Below are positions 11,613 through 22,965 of a DNA stretch of 64,000 bases, piece after piece; positions within the stretch are counted from its first letter, which is position 1; every line of letters starts with the position of its first letter. The notes under the pieces were generated by a model. That model was not told where the DNA came from. It did no database searches and saw only the letters and a list, made by a program, of their open reading frames with translations. Origin of the DNA: Perkinsela sp. CCAP 1560/9 (Eukaryota > Protista > Euglenozoa: Kinetoplastea); the NCBI GenBank assembly GCA_965644495.1, contig CBFFSA010000001.1, forward strand, positions 1,240,001-1,304,000, written 5' to 3'. The position numbers were made by a program, and so were the translations under genes.

Positions 11613-12392
11613 TCATGCAGTTTGCCTAACAATTTCAATTAAAGAAACCGCACTAAAGGAGTGTACCATGTGACGCTCAAGGGCTGCAACCTCTGTAATG
11701 AAGGACATACTACGTATAACGCAACTCCTGGGCCTTACCGGGAACAGAAACTGCACAAAGTCTTTGATGAATTTGCCGCAAAGTCTTAGCTGACACACAT
11801 GATGCCTCGTCGATCAAAACGGTATCCACGTCGTTGAATTTTTCTTTTAAATTTTTCAGCCTCTGAGGGGTTAGATAATCTAGGAAAGCGCTCTTACTCT
11901 TTTTACTCCACGCTGCTGGGAAACAGAATCCAGAATGTATGGTCTCCCCATTAATGTTGACAGCGCAAGCCCCCGAGTATCCGAAGGCAAGTACGGATCT
12001 TGGGCGGAAAGCGTTCTTGGCTTCCATAAAGCACCGGCTGGTTTCACTTTTACCATACCCTGGACCTCCGTATAGAAGGCTTTGTATCCTTCTGACAATC
12101 CTGTATGATTTTCTGTTTGCTTTAGAACGAATTCCGTTCCTTCCACGTTTTTTTCCCTCACTACACTCCTTGAGTACCTTCAAATACTCTTTCCACTGGA
12201 CCTCTGCTTTACAGTCCCTTGGCCTATATGATATTTTCTTATCTTTTGAGAAGGTATGCATAAGGGAAGAAAAATATTTCGCGTGTTTTTCTGCTAAAAC
12301 AGTTCTAGAATGATCGCAATCTGTAGCGACATCCCGGAGGTGTGACCAGTGTGGTATACAGGTATACAGGTATCCTGGAGATGGGATAACAT

Positions 12393-14454
12393 GAGGGGCT
12401 GCGGGTGCTGTGTCAGCACGGTTTCGCGCGGTTTCGGTACGGTTTCGCCGCGGTTTCGTGCGGTTTCGCCGCGGTTTCGCGCGGTTTCGGAGAGATCCGA
12501 ACGCCTTCTCTACATAAAGGTGGGATGTATCGGTGCGGCCTCAGTGCGGTCTCGGCCAATCTTCCTTGCGTCATATTTCAACAATCGCGTAGAAAAAATC
12601 TGAGTTAAGATTGTATTGGATCAAAGGATAATCAAAAGCAAATATGTGTACATTTTTTATGTTCTAACCAAGATTCATACTTTTTTTTATGAAATATCGG
12701 TAGTGCGGTAATCTAGAAAACGTGAACATTATGACTTGGCGCACTTACCCGGTTTTTTAGGGTCGTACGCCACGTTATGGATATGCTCCTTAAGCCAGTC
12801 TCTGCGGGCTTTTGTACACTCAACTATACCGCACCCTTTACTACACAAACACTCATCCTCATCACTTTTAGGTTTTAAACTTGAATATATCATAGAATCA
12901 AAATCGTACTGCGGCTTGTTAGCCAGCAGACCGTACGTTACTACAGATACAATTTGAAGGGCGTCTCGGACCCAAGGAATATCATGGTCAGTACCATGAA
13001 AAAAACGAAACCTGTCAAAATGAGCAAAACATCGCTCAATTCGAGACCGAATCAATGAAATTCTTTGGTTAAGCTGCTTTTGCGATTTGGTCAGACCACG
13101 GCCAATTTTTTTATAGGGTACAAGGCAGTGTGCACAACCAATGTACCCTAAATCAGCCAAAAAAAGTTCATCCTTGTGCTGGCGATGCTTGCCAGAGTAG
13201 GTGCTGTCTCGGGAACAGAGTTCTCCCAATGTCCTGTCCCGTACTTCTTTTGGATTTCGTGCACGACACGGAATTGTCGTGACGTCGAGCATGCAAGTAA
13301 CATCAGGGAGACAGGCGATTGCTTGAGTAAAACGAAGGTTGGGGTCCATGAGGTTGAGTGAGCGGCACAGCTGTGCGACACGAGCGAAATCTTGTCGGAG
13401 AGTCCGGATAGAAACTGAAGGGGTGTCTGACGGGAGCCAGGTTCTCTGAACTTCGTATAGCTGTTCCCACGTGCAGTTGAGAGCATAGATGCATAAAGAA
13501 GACTGAACACGACGGTAATCAGTCTCTGTGACATCGGAACCATGTACTCGCTTGAGCTCGTTATAGAACTCCCGTACCTGTACCGCCCAGATGCCAAACA
13601 TATTCAGAAAGAGTGAAATGAAGAAAAGAAAAATAAAGACACGATAAAACAAATTTATTATTGAATTTATTAAATATTCCTTAGAATTAAATTTATACTA
13701 GGTAAATTTATACTTCTAGAATCGGAAGAGATGAGAACTTAACTCAATGGACTTACTTCGCTTACTTAACACTTATCAACTTAACTTCATCACTTCACTT
13801 ATTAAAGACGTGGAAATGAGACAATTCGATCAGAGGTTTGAATGCTTTCCGCCCGGTAGTATGTGCCGGATGGAGTCTCGGAACGTCCTGGCGCTTCTAC
13901 GACAGAACGCTCCTCCTGGGAACGGATGTTAGTGTTTTTCCGCTGGAGACGCCAGTTTGCACAACAACGCGAGCGTTTTCCGGAAACAGAACGCCAAAGA
14001 CTTTCCACAAAGTCATCAACTTCGCTTGAACGCCGCGGAGCAAACAAAGGGTTTTGTTCAAGGAACGACCCAAGATCTTGACCTGCCTCTTCCACAAAGT
14101 AGATCGCGCGCGATCGAACATCTTGCAAAAGATGTCCACGGCGATCAATGATGTGGAGAAGTGCACGCTCTAGGAGCTGCTAGAGAAAGATAAATAAGGA
14201 TCTTAGCTGGAGAAAGATAAATAAGTTGAATCCAGTAGTTCGAAAAAAATCATTTGCAACACATTACACATGTATTATTGCACTTCCACTCATATCCTAA
14301 ACGCCTTGAAAAAATAAAAAAGCAAGTATTTATTCTGCAAGCTACTATCCACCGAGGCCTCGGAGGGTCAAATGTAAACCGCCGTTTCGCGCGGTTTCGG
14401 CACGGTTTCGCGCGGCTTCGGCACGGTTTCGCACGGCACCACCCGCAGCCCCTC
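12393..14454 (-). mobile_element. PIF/Harbinger(ISL2EU)-group DNA transposon
   Basis: Perfect 15-bp TIR gaggggctgcgggtg / cacccgcagcccctc; ACAT on both flanks; subterminal cggtttcg arrays; DDE transposase inside. Confidence 0.85.
12729..13652 (-). CDS. DDE_Tnp_4-type (Harbinger/ISL2EU) transposase, apparently internally deleted
   Basis: LDVTTIP, YSGKH, LADLGY, RSRIERCF. The segment normally between KH and DxGY appears to be missing. Confidence 0.8.
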   Translation of the reverse strand: MFYRVFIFLFFISLFLNMFGIWAVQVREFYNELKRVHGSDVTETDYRRVQSSLCIYALNCTWEQLYEVQRTWLPSDTPSVSIRTLRQDFARVAQLCRSLNLMDPNLRFTQAIACLPDVTCMLDVTTIPCRARNPKEVRDRTLGELCSRDSTYSGKHRQHKDELFLADLGYIGCAHCLVPYKKIGRGLTKSQKQLNQRISLIRSRIERCFAHFDRFRFFHGTDHDIPWVRDALQIVSVVTYGLLANKPQYDFDSMIYSSLKPKSDEDECLCSKGCGIVECTKARRDWLKEHIHNVAYDPKKPGKCAKS

Positions 14455-14603
14455 ACATATTTCCTCCGTATTCTCTGAGTAAACGTTTCAATCAGCGGAT
14501 GTCCTTTCTTGAAAGCAAATGTAGTGTTTCTTGATCTCCCTTTCTTGGTTTTGTCAATTGTTTTCACTAATGATATGTGAACTCTCGTAATACTACTCTC
14601 GTA

Positions 14604-14902
14604 CCGTATACCCCCAGTAATAGAATCGATTTTGGGTCAAAATGGCCAAATCTCTGTTACTGGGGGGGTATGCTTTTTTCGTGGGAAAAGACCTTTTTTG
14701 TTCATGGGTGCGTTGATTTTCTGTCCAGACAACCGCGCAACCACCCTCACCCAGCCCAGCGATCCCCACCCGCTCAAACACCCCCTCTCCCCTCCAACCA
14801 CCCTCCCGAACCAAATCTCTGTTACTGGGGGTCGGCCCAAAAATGGTCAAATCTCTGTTATACTGGGGGGGGGGGGGGGTCTATTACTGGGGGGGTATAC
14901 GG
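14604..14902. mobile_element. MITE (TA TSD); a second copy begins at 63980
   Basis: TIR ccgtatacccccagtaatag / ctattactggggggg-tatacgg; internal aaatctctgttactggggg repeats. Confidence 0.9.
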
Positions 14903-15249
14903 TAGTAGTGGCGTCGTAAAGGTAAAACTTTAAGAACTCAAGTTCTGTGCCTCGAAAGTAATAGTCCAGAGCCTTACTGCGCATTTAAGTAGATCCATCC
15001 TCCCCTGCAATCACATCAGAGAGTCCTTCATTATCTGATATTTCTCTATCGATCTCTGTTTCGTCTTCCTGCACTCCTGAAACGCCTTTGACCATTAATT
15101 TAGATGTCTGCCGTACGTCCAAGTAGGAAACTGTATTCTTCCCACTCATAACCAAGGCAAAAATACATGGCCAGCTGGTCCGACACTTCTTACTTTCCTA
15201 GTTAACTATTTCCCAGCCTATTGCATAGCAACGCGTCTGCTGAATTCTC

Positions 15250-15785
15250 GTACTATCTCACGTGCTACTGCAGCTACACTGTATCACTGCAGTCACTACC
15301 TCACGTGGCAGTACTCTTACTCTCTCACGTGCTACTGTAGGGTAAAATTAAAGCAAATTTGACCTTTTTTATTTTCGACAACCGCAAAAGCGAAATCTCA
15401 TCATGAATCTTGCTTTGCTTCAGTATTTTTGGTATTTTATAATGCCTTGTGTGGGGTGTGCTCGATTTTCCTGTCAAAAAGAGCTCACTTTGAGCAAGGT
15501 TTCTCTGTGGACCGAGGACGGTTGTGTGCAGTGGTTAAAATCAAATTTCCATTGAAATCGTTCCCGATCTAACTTCCACTACATTGCTCCCAAAGTTGAG
15601 GAAGCAGTAGCTATTAAAGCCGTATGGATTAACGGGAAACAAATTCGGAAAGAATGCTATAAAAAAAACAGTTTGTTTTTAGAAATTGAAAAAGGCTGAG
15701 TTTGCTTGAATTTAACCCACTCTAGCTACAATGCAGTCACTGCCTTACGTGGCACTGCTCTTACTCTCTCACGCGCCACTGTATA
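15250..15785. repeat. Dispersed short repeat (ctctcacgtgctactg / gcagtcact family)
   Basis: About 15288-15339 is duplicated at about 15732-15783, with an extra partial copy at 15251-15270. Confidence 0.6.
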
Positions 15786-16041
15786 TACAGGGGGTGCAGC
15801 TAAATCTGGGGGGCTAAATCCTCCTACCTTCTTCCTTATGTCTCCCTCAATAATAAGTGTACTAGGGGTTTGCGCACGCAACAGTTTTGTGAATTGCATT
15901 CCTACAGTATTTTCTCGGTATTCTGTTCTCCTATTGAGTTCGTAACATTTTTCTTCTAATCTATTTTTCATAAACGTAAATAAATTATTGTGTATCATCC
16001 ATGCGCTGTAATGTATTCTAAATGTTCACAGTGTATCCTTA

Positions 16042-16719
16042 ATGCGTTTTGGTCCATCTCATTTACCAAAATTGTATCAAAACAAGCGCATTTCCGTATT
16101 GAAAAAGAGGCCACGCAATATTAATAACGTAAATTGGGCGCGCCGTTTTGAGCATTTTCCCAAGCAAATTGCCCTAGTACAAAAATCTACTGGATCCGCG
16201 TCGCAGCAAAGCTCGAATTCGGGAACGAATTCTAGATTCTGCTCACAATATGACTTTCGCGCAAAATCTCCTATCAGTGCGTTCTCATGGGTTCACGAAA
16301 TTCTTTCCCGGTCTGAGAAAGATAAGAATGTAGGAACTCGAACTCCTTTGTCTTTCCGTATCCTTCCCGACGATGCTAGTATGAATTCTAACATACAGTT
16401 TCGTAGTCCATCTAGGGAGGAAGATATCGATGGAGAGAATGCTCTATCTACAGTACATCGTATAGCTCAACAAAACAAACTGCGCCACATCAGTTCGAAG
16501 CAACTCTACCATTGTATTAAATGTGGATACGTGCACGAAATGTTTCCTAAACAAATTCGCGATTCTGGCTACGGTTCAAACGAAAAGTCAAAAAAATTGT
16601 TTCTTCGATCTTCCCAGCATACTTCAGGCAGCAGTGCGCTCAAAACAAGGCAAAAGTGTCCTAAATGTCAAACATGTATTTCGCCGCAAATGCTTAATGT
16701 GAGAGGGAGGGCAAAATAA
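16042..16719 (+). CDS. Basic zinc-ribbon protein (CxxC...CxxC), possibly mitochondrial
   Basis: CIKCG and CPKCQ pairs; R/K-rich N-terminus. Confidence 0.6.
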   Translation: MRFGPSHLPKLYQNKRISVLKKRPRNINNVNWARRFEHFPKQIALVQKSTGSASQQSSNSGTNSRFCSQYDFRAKSPISAFSWVHEILSRSEKDKNVGTRTPLSFRILPDDASMNSNIQFRSPSREEDIDGENALSTVHRIAQQNKLRHISSKQLYHCIKCGYVHEMFPKQIRDSGYGSNEKSKKLFLRSSQHTSGSSALKTRQKCPKCQTCISPQMLNVRGRAK

Positions 16720-17014
16720 GCTTTTGCACGAATTCTATAAACGAGATTATATACAGCTTGGCCAATTTGGGATTAAAAAACAATTCACACTGGCGCATTC
16801 GAGAGTTCTCACTAATCCCTCTGGCGGAAATTCATTGTTTCCCGTGGTTCTTCACATTTGAAATGGTGATCCTTTTATAAGGTGACCCTAGCCCGGATAG
16901 GGTTGAAAACGTCAAATGAAACTTTTTTTCTGGAAAATGAACTTCTGGGAAAACAAGGTTAAAATGTCCTAGTACGCATAATTCTACATTCCCTTTCTAT
17001 GACAATATACATTA

Positions 17015-18089
17015 CTGTGCCCCCCCCCCATTTATAGTGCCGTTTTGAAAAAAACGTCCGAAAGAAAATAATGAATTTTTTTTTACCAAAAAGGTAGAGT
17101 AAATATGGTGTAAATTTCTAATATTTTCATTTATGGAAATCCTTGAGGCTTTATTATTAGTTACCTTCATCCATTCCATGACTGCTGGTTCTCACGAAAA
17201 CGAGGCGCCGGACAAAGCGCACACTCGTGGCCCCTTTCAAGGAGCTCAAGGCGTACGCAGCGAGCCCCTTTCAAGGAGCTGGGCCATACTGTCCGGGGAA
17301 GGCGAAATGTCGCCCTGCTCTGTAACCGCGCCATGAGTAGGGGGCGTTCGGGTTTACAGTTTGTAAATTTCTCTTTCGAATCTCTAAAATCGAGTCACGT
17401 ACTTTATGGAATTATTTCACCGTGTTGTGCCACACATTACTCATCCAGACATCTTCTTTTGCGCATTATTGTACTATCCCCCCTGAACATCCCATCACGC
17501 GATTACCCATGCGCAGCACTGGAGCATAAACACCATTTACAGCGCTTAGACACTCAAAACCATATACTAGAAAGATACTAAACCACTGTCCGGGTTAATA
17601 TTCCTATACCCTCGTATTATTCCTACCAGGAATATTAAATGTCCTAAAGGTGCTTAATATTCCTACCCCCCCTCTCCCTGACACCTACCCTGTCTTTGCT
17701 TGAGATCCACCAAAATCATCCTTCAATATTCCCTTTTTTGGATGTTTTTTTCATCCAAATAGCAAGCCTAACGCGCACCCAATCCCTAAAGAGCCAAAAA
17801 CGAGCACAAGAGCAAAGACCGCGCCGCGAAGCGGCGCGAAAAAGATTTTGGTCCTTTTCTGCTATTTTTTTTATATTCCTATACCTCGTAATATTCCTAT
17901 ACCCTCTTAATATTCCTACCAGGAATATTAACCCGGACAGTGGTTTAATAGAAAGATGAGCGCCGCGAAGCGGCACGCTTTTTTTTTGGGGGTGGAAAAA
18001 TTTTCACCCTCGACCTGAAACATACTACCCCCCCCACTTATAGTGCCGTTTGGTCGAAAACCGCGGCACTATAAGTGGGGGGGTCACAG
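17015..18089. mobile_element. MITE (TA TSD) hosting a nested MITE
   Basis: TIR ctgtg(c)n-atttatagtgccg / cggcactataagtgggggggtcacag with TA flanks. Confidence 0.85.
17581..17945. mobile_element. Nested MITE (TA TSD)
   Basis: Perfect TIR aaccactgtccgggttaatattcct / aggaatattaacccggacagtggtt; subterminal atattccta repeats. Confidence 0.9.
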
Positions 18090-18149
18090 TAAGTTAAAAC
18101 CATCTGAACATTCAAATGTTTTTTAGTTTCCGTACTTGCTAAAGAAATC

Positions 18150-18860
18150 ATGATTGCCAAAATATATTTTCGAGACGACGAAATCTGTCAAACCGCTTCC
18201 CGTCGCGGAAAAGTTAGCAGCGCCGTGTTATCGCCCTATCATCGAATGATTCATGTCATAGCAAATTTGGAACGAGAAGAAAATGTACAAAGCTGGGAAA
18301 ACGAGCCCGACGTATGTCAATGGAGAGGTATTGAATGCGTAAACGACACAATTTCGACGATTTCTTGGTCTAATTTTGGCATTGGAGGTAGCGTTGCACT
18401 TCAGCACCTTCCTTTGACCACTAACAGAATCAATCTCTCGTTTAACAAGCTGATACAGGTGTACGGACTCGACGAGCTTCCTTCAGAAATGAACGAATTT
18501 ATTTCAGCGAAAAACCCACTCGTGGGTACCCTTGACTTATGTTGCATGCCCAGAACAATGACTCACTACGTCATCTCAGAAACGCAACTTAATGGCTCTC
18601 TCGACTTTACAAACTTGCCTCCCACCCTAGGATTTCTTTCACTCCGTCTGAACAAGTTTTCCGGTGCAATTGATCTGTCGAAACTCCCCGAATCCCTAAG
18701 TACACTATGGCTTCAAGGAAATTTTCTCTCTGGGATACTAGACATTCGCCATGTCGCGAAATGCTCAATTGATCTTCGTCGAAATTGTTTTAGCGAAACT
18801 ATACCGAAATCCCTGCCAAGTTGGTTAAAATACCATCCTCAAAAAAATGAGAATTTGTAA
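18150..18860 (+). CDS. LRR-family protein 2
   Basis: Cap SW....VCQWRGIEC and LPxxLxxLxLxxNxFSG repeats. Confidence 0.88.
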   Translation: MIAKIYFRDDEICQTASRRGKVSSAVLSPYHRMIHVIANLEREENVQSWENEPDVCQWRGIECVNDTISTISWSNFGIGGSVALQHLPLTTNRINLSFNKLIQVYGLDELPSEMNEFISAKNPLVGTLDLCCMPRTMTHYVISETQLNGSLDFTNLPPTLGFLSLRLNKFSGAIDLSKLPESLSTLWLQGNFLSGILDIRHVAKCSIDLRRNCFSETIPKSLPSWLKYHPQKNENL

Positions 18861-19049
18861 CTTCCATGTTTCTTTTTGTATTACTGTCCTCCCCATGTAG
18901 TGTTTAGTAGAATTGGGTAAAATTAAACGCTAGGTAATGGAGAGAAAATAACAAAGAAATTCGGCGCTATGAAGAGGCGCCAATGTGTGCGAGTCTAAAC
19001 TTTAAACACTTGCCATGAAAAGAATGATATTTGACGAATTCTTCTAACA

Positions 19050-20015
19050 ATGTTTCTAGCTATGCCTCTAAAAGACGAAGAACGACCAAATAAGCGTCGT
19101 CGTCTTGGCAAAGTTAGCAAAATGCTTTCCTCACCTGTACAAGAATTACAAGGTTTAATTTCTGGAATACGAAATCCTCATCCATCGTGGGACACCGAAC
19201 ATTCACTACATAATTGGTACGGCTTGAACGCAGTTCACGGAGTCCCAACAAGCATCGTTTGGAACAATCTAAACATGGGCGGAAATTTAAGTTGGGCTCA
19301 CGTTCCACTTAGTCTTACTGTTCTTGTGCTTACGTCTTGCCAGTTACATGGCTCGATAGACACCCGCCTGTTCCCTCCAGGACTTACAAATCTAAATCTT
19401 TTTGGAAATGAATTTTCGGGATCTCTTGAGTTCACGGATCTTCCGCTGAGTCTGAAAATTTTACGCGTGGGTCGAAACCGTTTTGAAGGTTCCGTTCTCT
19501 TGAATGAGCTTCCGTCTGCACTTTCTTATTTCGACATAAGTCATAATCTATTTTCCTCGGGATTAATTTTGCATCAACTTCCGATCACTCTTACTCACTT
19601 ATACATCCATCACAATAAACTTAGCGGTGATTTGAACCTATCAAAAATCCCCCTTGCCTTGGAAGAAATCAAAGCTCAGTACAATTTCTTTGATAAGCTG
19701 TGTGTTACATGCGAGGTATCTTGTAAATTGTCAGTTCTTGATGTAAGTCACAATAATCTTTAAGGTCGATTGGATCTCTCATCGTTGCCTCTGACACTTC
19801 AATTCATGGATGTATCACAAAACAAGTTAAATGGGGTCCCACAATTGACGCGCCTTCCTTCAGGATTAATTACTTTAGATCTCCGATGGAACAAATTCTG
19901 TGGAAAATTTGAAATCCACAGTGTCCCAACTCAGCTACAAAATCTTTTAGTGTTTACCGGCAATTTTGTATGGGGCAATCTTCCGGAGAGCATTAGTGCT
20001 AAGACGGATCAATAA
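19050..20015 (+). pseudogene. LRR-family protein 3 with in-frame TAA at 19761-19763
   Basis: ...SHNNL*GRLDLSSLP... continues in the same frame with intact repeats to 20015; N-terminal RPNKRRR. Confidence 0.8.
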
Positions 20016-20239
20016 GAATGGTTTTGACCTCGTAATTAACGTTGTGCTATAACAAAATGTGCTATACATTTTGAGATATGGCTCATGGCACACGAGACCG
20101 CGGTTTATTTTCGGCTTGAGTATAACATGCTCTAACTTTCATCGAAGAATTGGAGGACACTTTGAAAGGAAAAGTATCTTTTGTTCGTATAAAATATGTA
20201 CTCCCACTCTCATTGAATTTGATAAATGGGTTTTTCTTA

Positions 20240-21192
20240 AACCCCTCCGCACCAATAAGGCACCCCCCCCCCTTAACTTTTCAGTAAAATGCCCATTTGA
20301 GCTGATTTTTGTTGCATTCTGCAGATCTCAACGATAAGACTTTGCACGTGAAGAAACGAGACAAAAAGAAACAAATACGTGTATTTCAAAGAAGAATTAC
20401 CATTTTGCCACCTTTTTCCCGGTGTTGGCCACGCACGCCTCAAGGCAAGCAATGCTCAACATCGAATCATCAATATGTTATTGAGGTAATTTAGCCCTTG
20501 CTTTACATACACTTTTTTATAAGCTCTTCCTTATTTGAAGGAGTGTACTCATCGACAAGCTCTTGCACCACACTCCATACACTTTCTAAGGCTGAAAATC
20601 AGGGGAGTCCGGTGGCCAATTTTTCAATAGTGTCAATTTTGGTTTTTCAGGATACGACTTAGTTTCTCTGGCAGTGTTCTCTATTTATTGCAGTTGCGGA
20701 TCCACGTGCGCCCTTTTTATTCATTTTTCCGCGAACCTTGCGAACGAACCCATTTTAAATGATTTATAGAAAGCCCTGCTCGGTCCAAAGGCTAGAGAGC
20801 TTTTTATCCATACATTTTCGATTTTTGGCTTTTTTTTGATTTCAGGGCTAATAATGTAAGTGTCTTCAGGTGAGTTATTCTTTAAATATTTTTGAATACA
20901 TTTCACTTTAACACTAAATTAGCGCGCGAAGTGCCTTTACGCAACCCATTGACCATGCCTCATGCGCCATAACACTTTCCTGCTTTCAGTAAGACCCCCT
21001 TGAGGGAGTCGATAGGTATTTTTTGGCATGTAAACAAAAACAATATTTTTTTAACATTTTCTATTTTCAAAAGATCTAAGAACAGCGAGAACGTGCAGAT
21101 CTCAAAATTTTACACGACAAAGTGGTGCGATAACCCCCCTAGGCCCCCTTGTGCGAAAAATAAGGGGGGTGCCTTTTTGATGCGGAGGGGTT
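20240..21192 (-). mobile_element. Non-autonomous derivative of the Tc1/mariner family at 59487-63022
   Basis: TIR aacccctccgcaccaataaggcaccccc / ggggggtgcctttttgatgcggaggggtt, TA flanks. Both subterminal regions match (inverted) about 62925-62995 and 60982-61045. Confidence 0.85.
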
Positions 21193-21209
21193 TATAACGT
21201 CGTTTATAA

Positions 21210-21312
21210 TTTAGGCTCTTCGTTAAACGCGGTGGTTGCTTTCAACTTAGAAGTCACTCATGCTGCGCGCTTCGCGTTGAAAACTACCGCCGCGTTTAGC
21301 GAAGAGCCTAAA
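21210..21312. repeat. 37-bp inverted repeat / long hairpin
   Basis: tttaggctcttcgttaaacgcggtggttgctttcaac versus gttgaaaactaccgccgcgtttagcgaagagcctaaa; 4 differences, 29-nt spacer. Confidence 0.85.
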
Positions 21313-21900
21313 GAAGAAAATTTAGCCTGGAAAACGGAAAGATTATAGCCAAAAATAGCCGAATTTCGGGTAAAAATGGGGTCATTTTCGCATATTTTTG
21401 CTCTCAGAGCACTAAATCCGACATTTGCGCGTGGGAAATCACTCGTAGGTATGAATGGAAGCCTACCGAACGTATTGGGTGGAGAATGCGACTCCAACCA
21501 TACCATTCTTTCGACACAAAAATGCCCCTTTAGGTCCGAAAAATACTTTTTCACCTTTTTTAGTCAAAAGTGGGTCATTTTGGGGGGCGCACCACGGTTA
21601 GAAGAAGGGATACCTTGCGAAAGCAACTGCGTAGAAAGCTAGTGTAGGTCCCAAACTATCAAAATACAATAGGGGAAACCATTTTGGAAAAATATTTTTT
21701 TTGTCATTTTTTTCGCCAAGTTGAATTTTTTTTCAAAAAATTTTTTCCGAAAAAATCCGAACTTGGCGGACCCGTCCTGCGGATACGCGGGGGGGTTACC
21801 CCCGGGTAGGGGGGTGGAAAATGCGCGCCAAGACCCCGGCTACCCTTTCTGCAGTTTTTTTTCGAAAACTAATTTTTTCGAAAAAATTTGATCGACCATG

Positions 21901-21960
21901 CCCCCCCCCCCTGGACCCCCCCCCTGGACCCCCCCCCTGGACCCCCCCCATGGACCCCCC
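21901..21960. repeat. (C)n-TGGA tandem minisatellite
   Basis: Four C-run + tgga units; G-runs on the minus strand. Confidence 0.8.
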
Positions 21961-22202
21961 ATTTTTTTCAAATTTTTTTTTCAGTTTTGGACCACCGGAG
22001 CCCCCTTTTATATTTTTTTCTTCTATTATATTACTGTGTTCCTCTTTATATTTTCACTGTTTTTGTTCACTTTTTTTTCAATAATCGAGTGTAGAGCGGT
22101 AGTTTTACAACCACCGCAATGTCACAATACATATTTTTTTCGTTTTGCATACTATCGTAAATTTTCCTCGTTCAATCTTTATTTCTAAGTCCTAGTTCGA
22201 CC

Positions 22203-22898
22203 ATGAATCGCACTTGTATTTCTCGTCCGGGAAAGACACGTGGGATAGTAATGCCACAAGAGTACGAACTCGCACAGTTCACACGTAACATGCATAATGT
22301 ACATAACTCATGGAACACAAGTACAAGTGCTTGTAATTGGAGTGGCGTGAAATGTGATGAAGACGAACGCATTTTCCAACTTCAGTGGTGTCAACGTCGT
22401 ATTTCTGGTGAGGCATGCTGGAATTATTTGCCTTCACATTTAACGATCTTAACAATTTATTCCAATCAACTAGAAGGGTCCCTTGATCTGACATGTCTCC
22501 CTTCGGGACTAGAAAGATTTGATGTAAGTAGGAACGAACTTTCCGGGTCGATCAAGTTAAATAAACTGCCTCTTTTTCTGGGAATGATGGATCTCTCGGA
22601 TAATTCCTTCTCGTCGGAGATAAATTTAACCAATTTTCCACCGGAGTTGTATTTCTTTGCTATTTCGAACAACAAGTGTACGGGATCATTAGATTTTTAC
22701 AGCTTGCCCGAAAAAATGGAATCTCTTTACTTGGATGGAAACGACTTTGACACCGAAATTGATTTTTCGCGCTTTCCTAAAACTCTTAGTGGCCTGTTTA
22801 TACAAAAGAATCCTAATATTAGGGGTGTTGCTACAGAAAGCGTGAAATCATTTCTGAAGCGATACGACTGGGAAGGGACTGGAATAGTAGAAAAATGA
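22203..22898 (+). CDS. LRR-family protein 4
   Basis: KTRGIVMPQEY...SW....ACNWSGVKC cap plus LRRs; lacks the basic N-terminal motif. Confidence 0.88.
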   Translation: MNRTCISRPGKTRGIVMPQEYELAQFTRNMHNVHNSWNTSTSACNWSGVKCDEDERIFQLQWCQRRISGEACWNYLPSHLTILTIYSNQLEGSLDLTCLPSGLERFDVSRNELSGSIKLNKLPLFLGMMDLSDNSFSSEINLTNFPPELYFFAISNNKCTGSLDFYSLPEKMESLYLDGNDFDTEIDFSRFPKTLSGLFIQKNPNIRGVATESVKSFLKRYDWEGTGIVEK

Positions 22899-22965
22899 TG
22901 GGAACAGTTGGGACTCAAAACCTTATGTATACCACTTTTCTACTGGTAAACCTACTAGTTTGTGC

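Larger units (their letters stand above)
11710..15000 (-). pseudogene. Decayed Helitron-like RepHel fragment (PIF1-family helicase) split by two insertions
   Basis: Walker A GGPGYGKS, motif SGACAVNINGETIHS, Walker B VLIDEASCVS. Upstream DYYFRGTELEFLKFY resembles the RepHel linker motif. Removing 12393-14454 plus one ACAT restores the frame ...RRKYVIPSPGY...SLMHTFSK. Confidence 0.75.

Noticed and set aside
12418-12490. CRISPR-like or iteron array (cggtttcg repeats)
   Set aside because: No unique spacers; these are transposon subterminal repeats.
13747-14151. Second (Myb/SANT or YqaJ) ORF of the Harbinger element
   Set aside because: Only short frame-broken ORFs with no recognisable motif; cannot be supported.
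19761-19763. Stop-codon reassignment (Blastocrithidia-like code)
   Set aside because: Only one in-frame stop; long conserved ORFs are open in the standard code and end with TAA, TAG or TGA.
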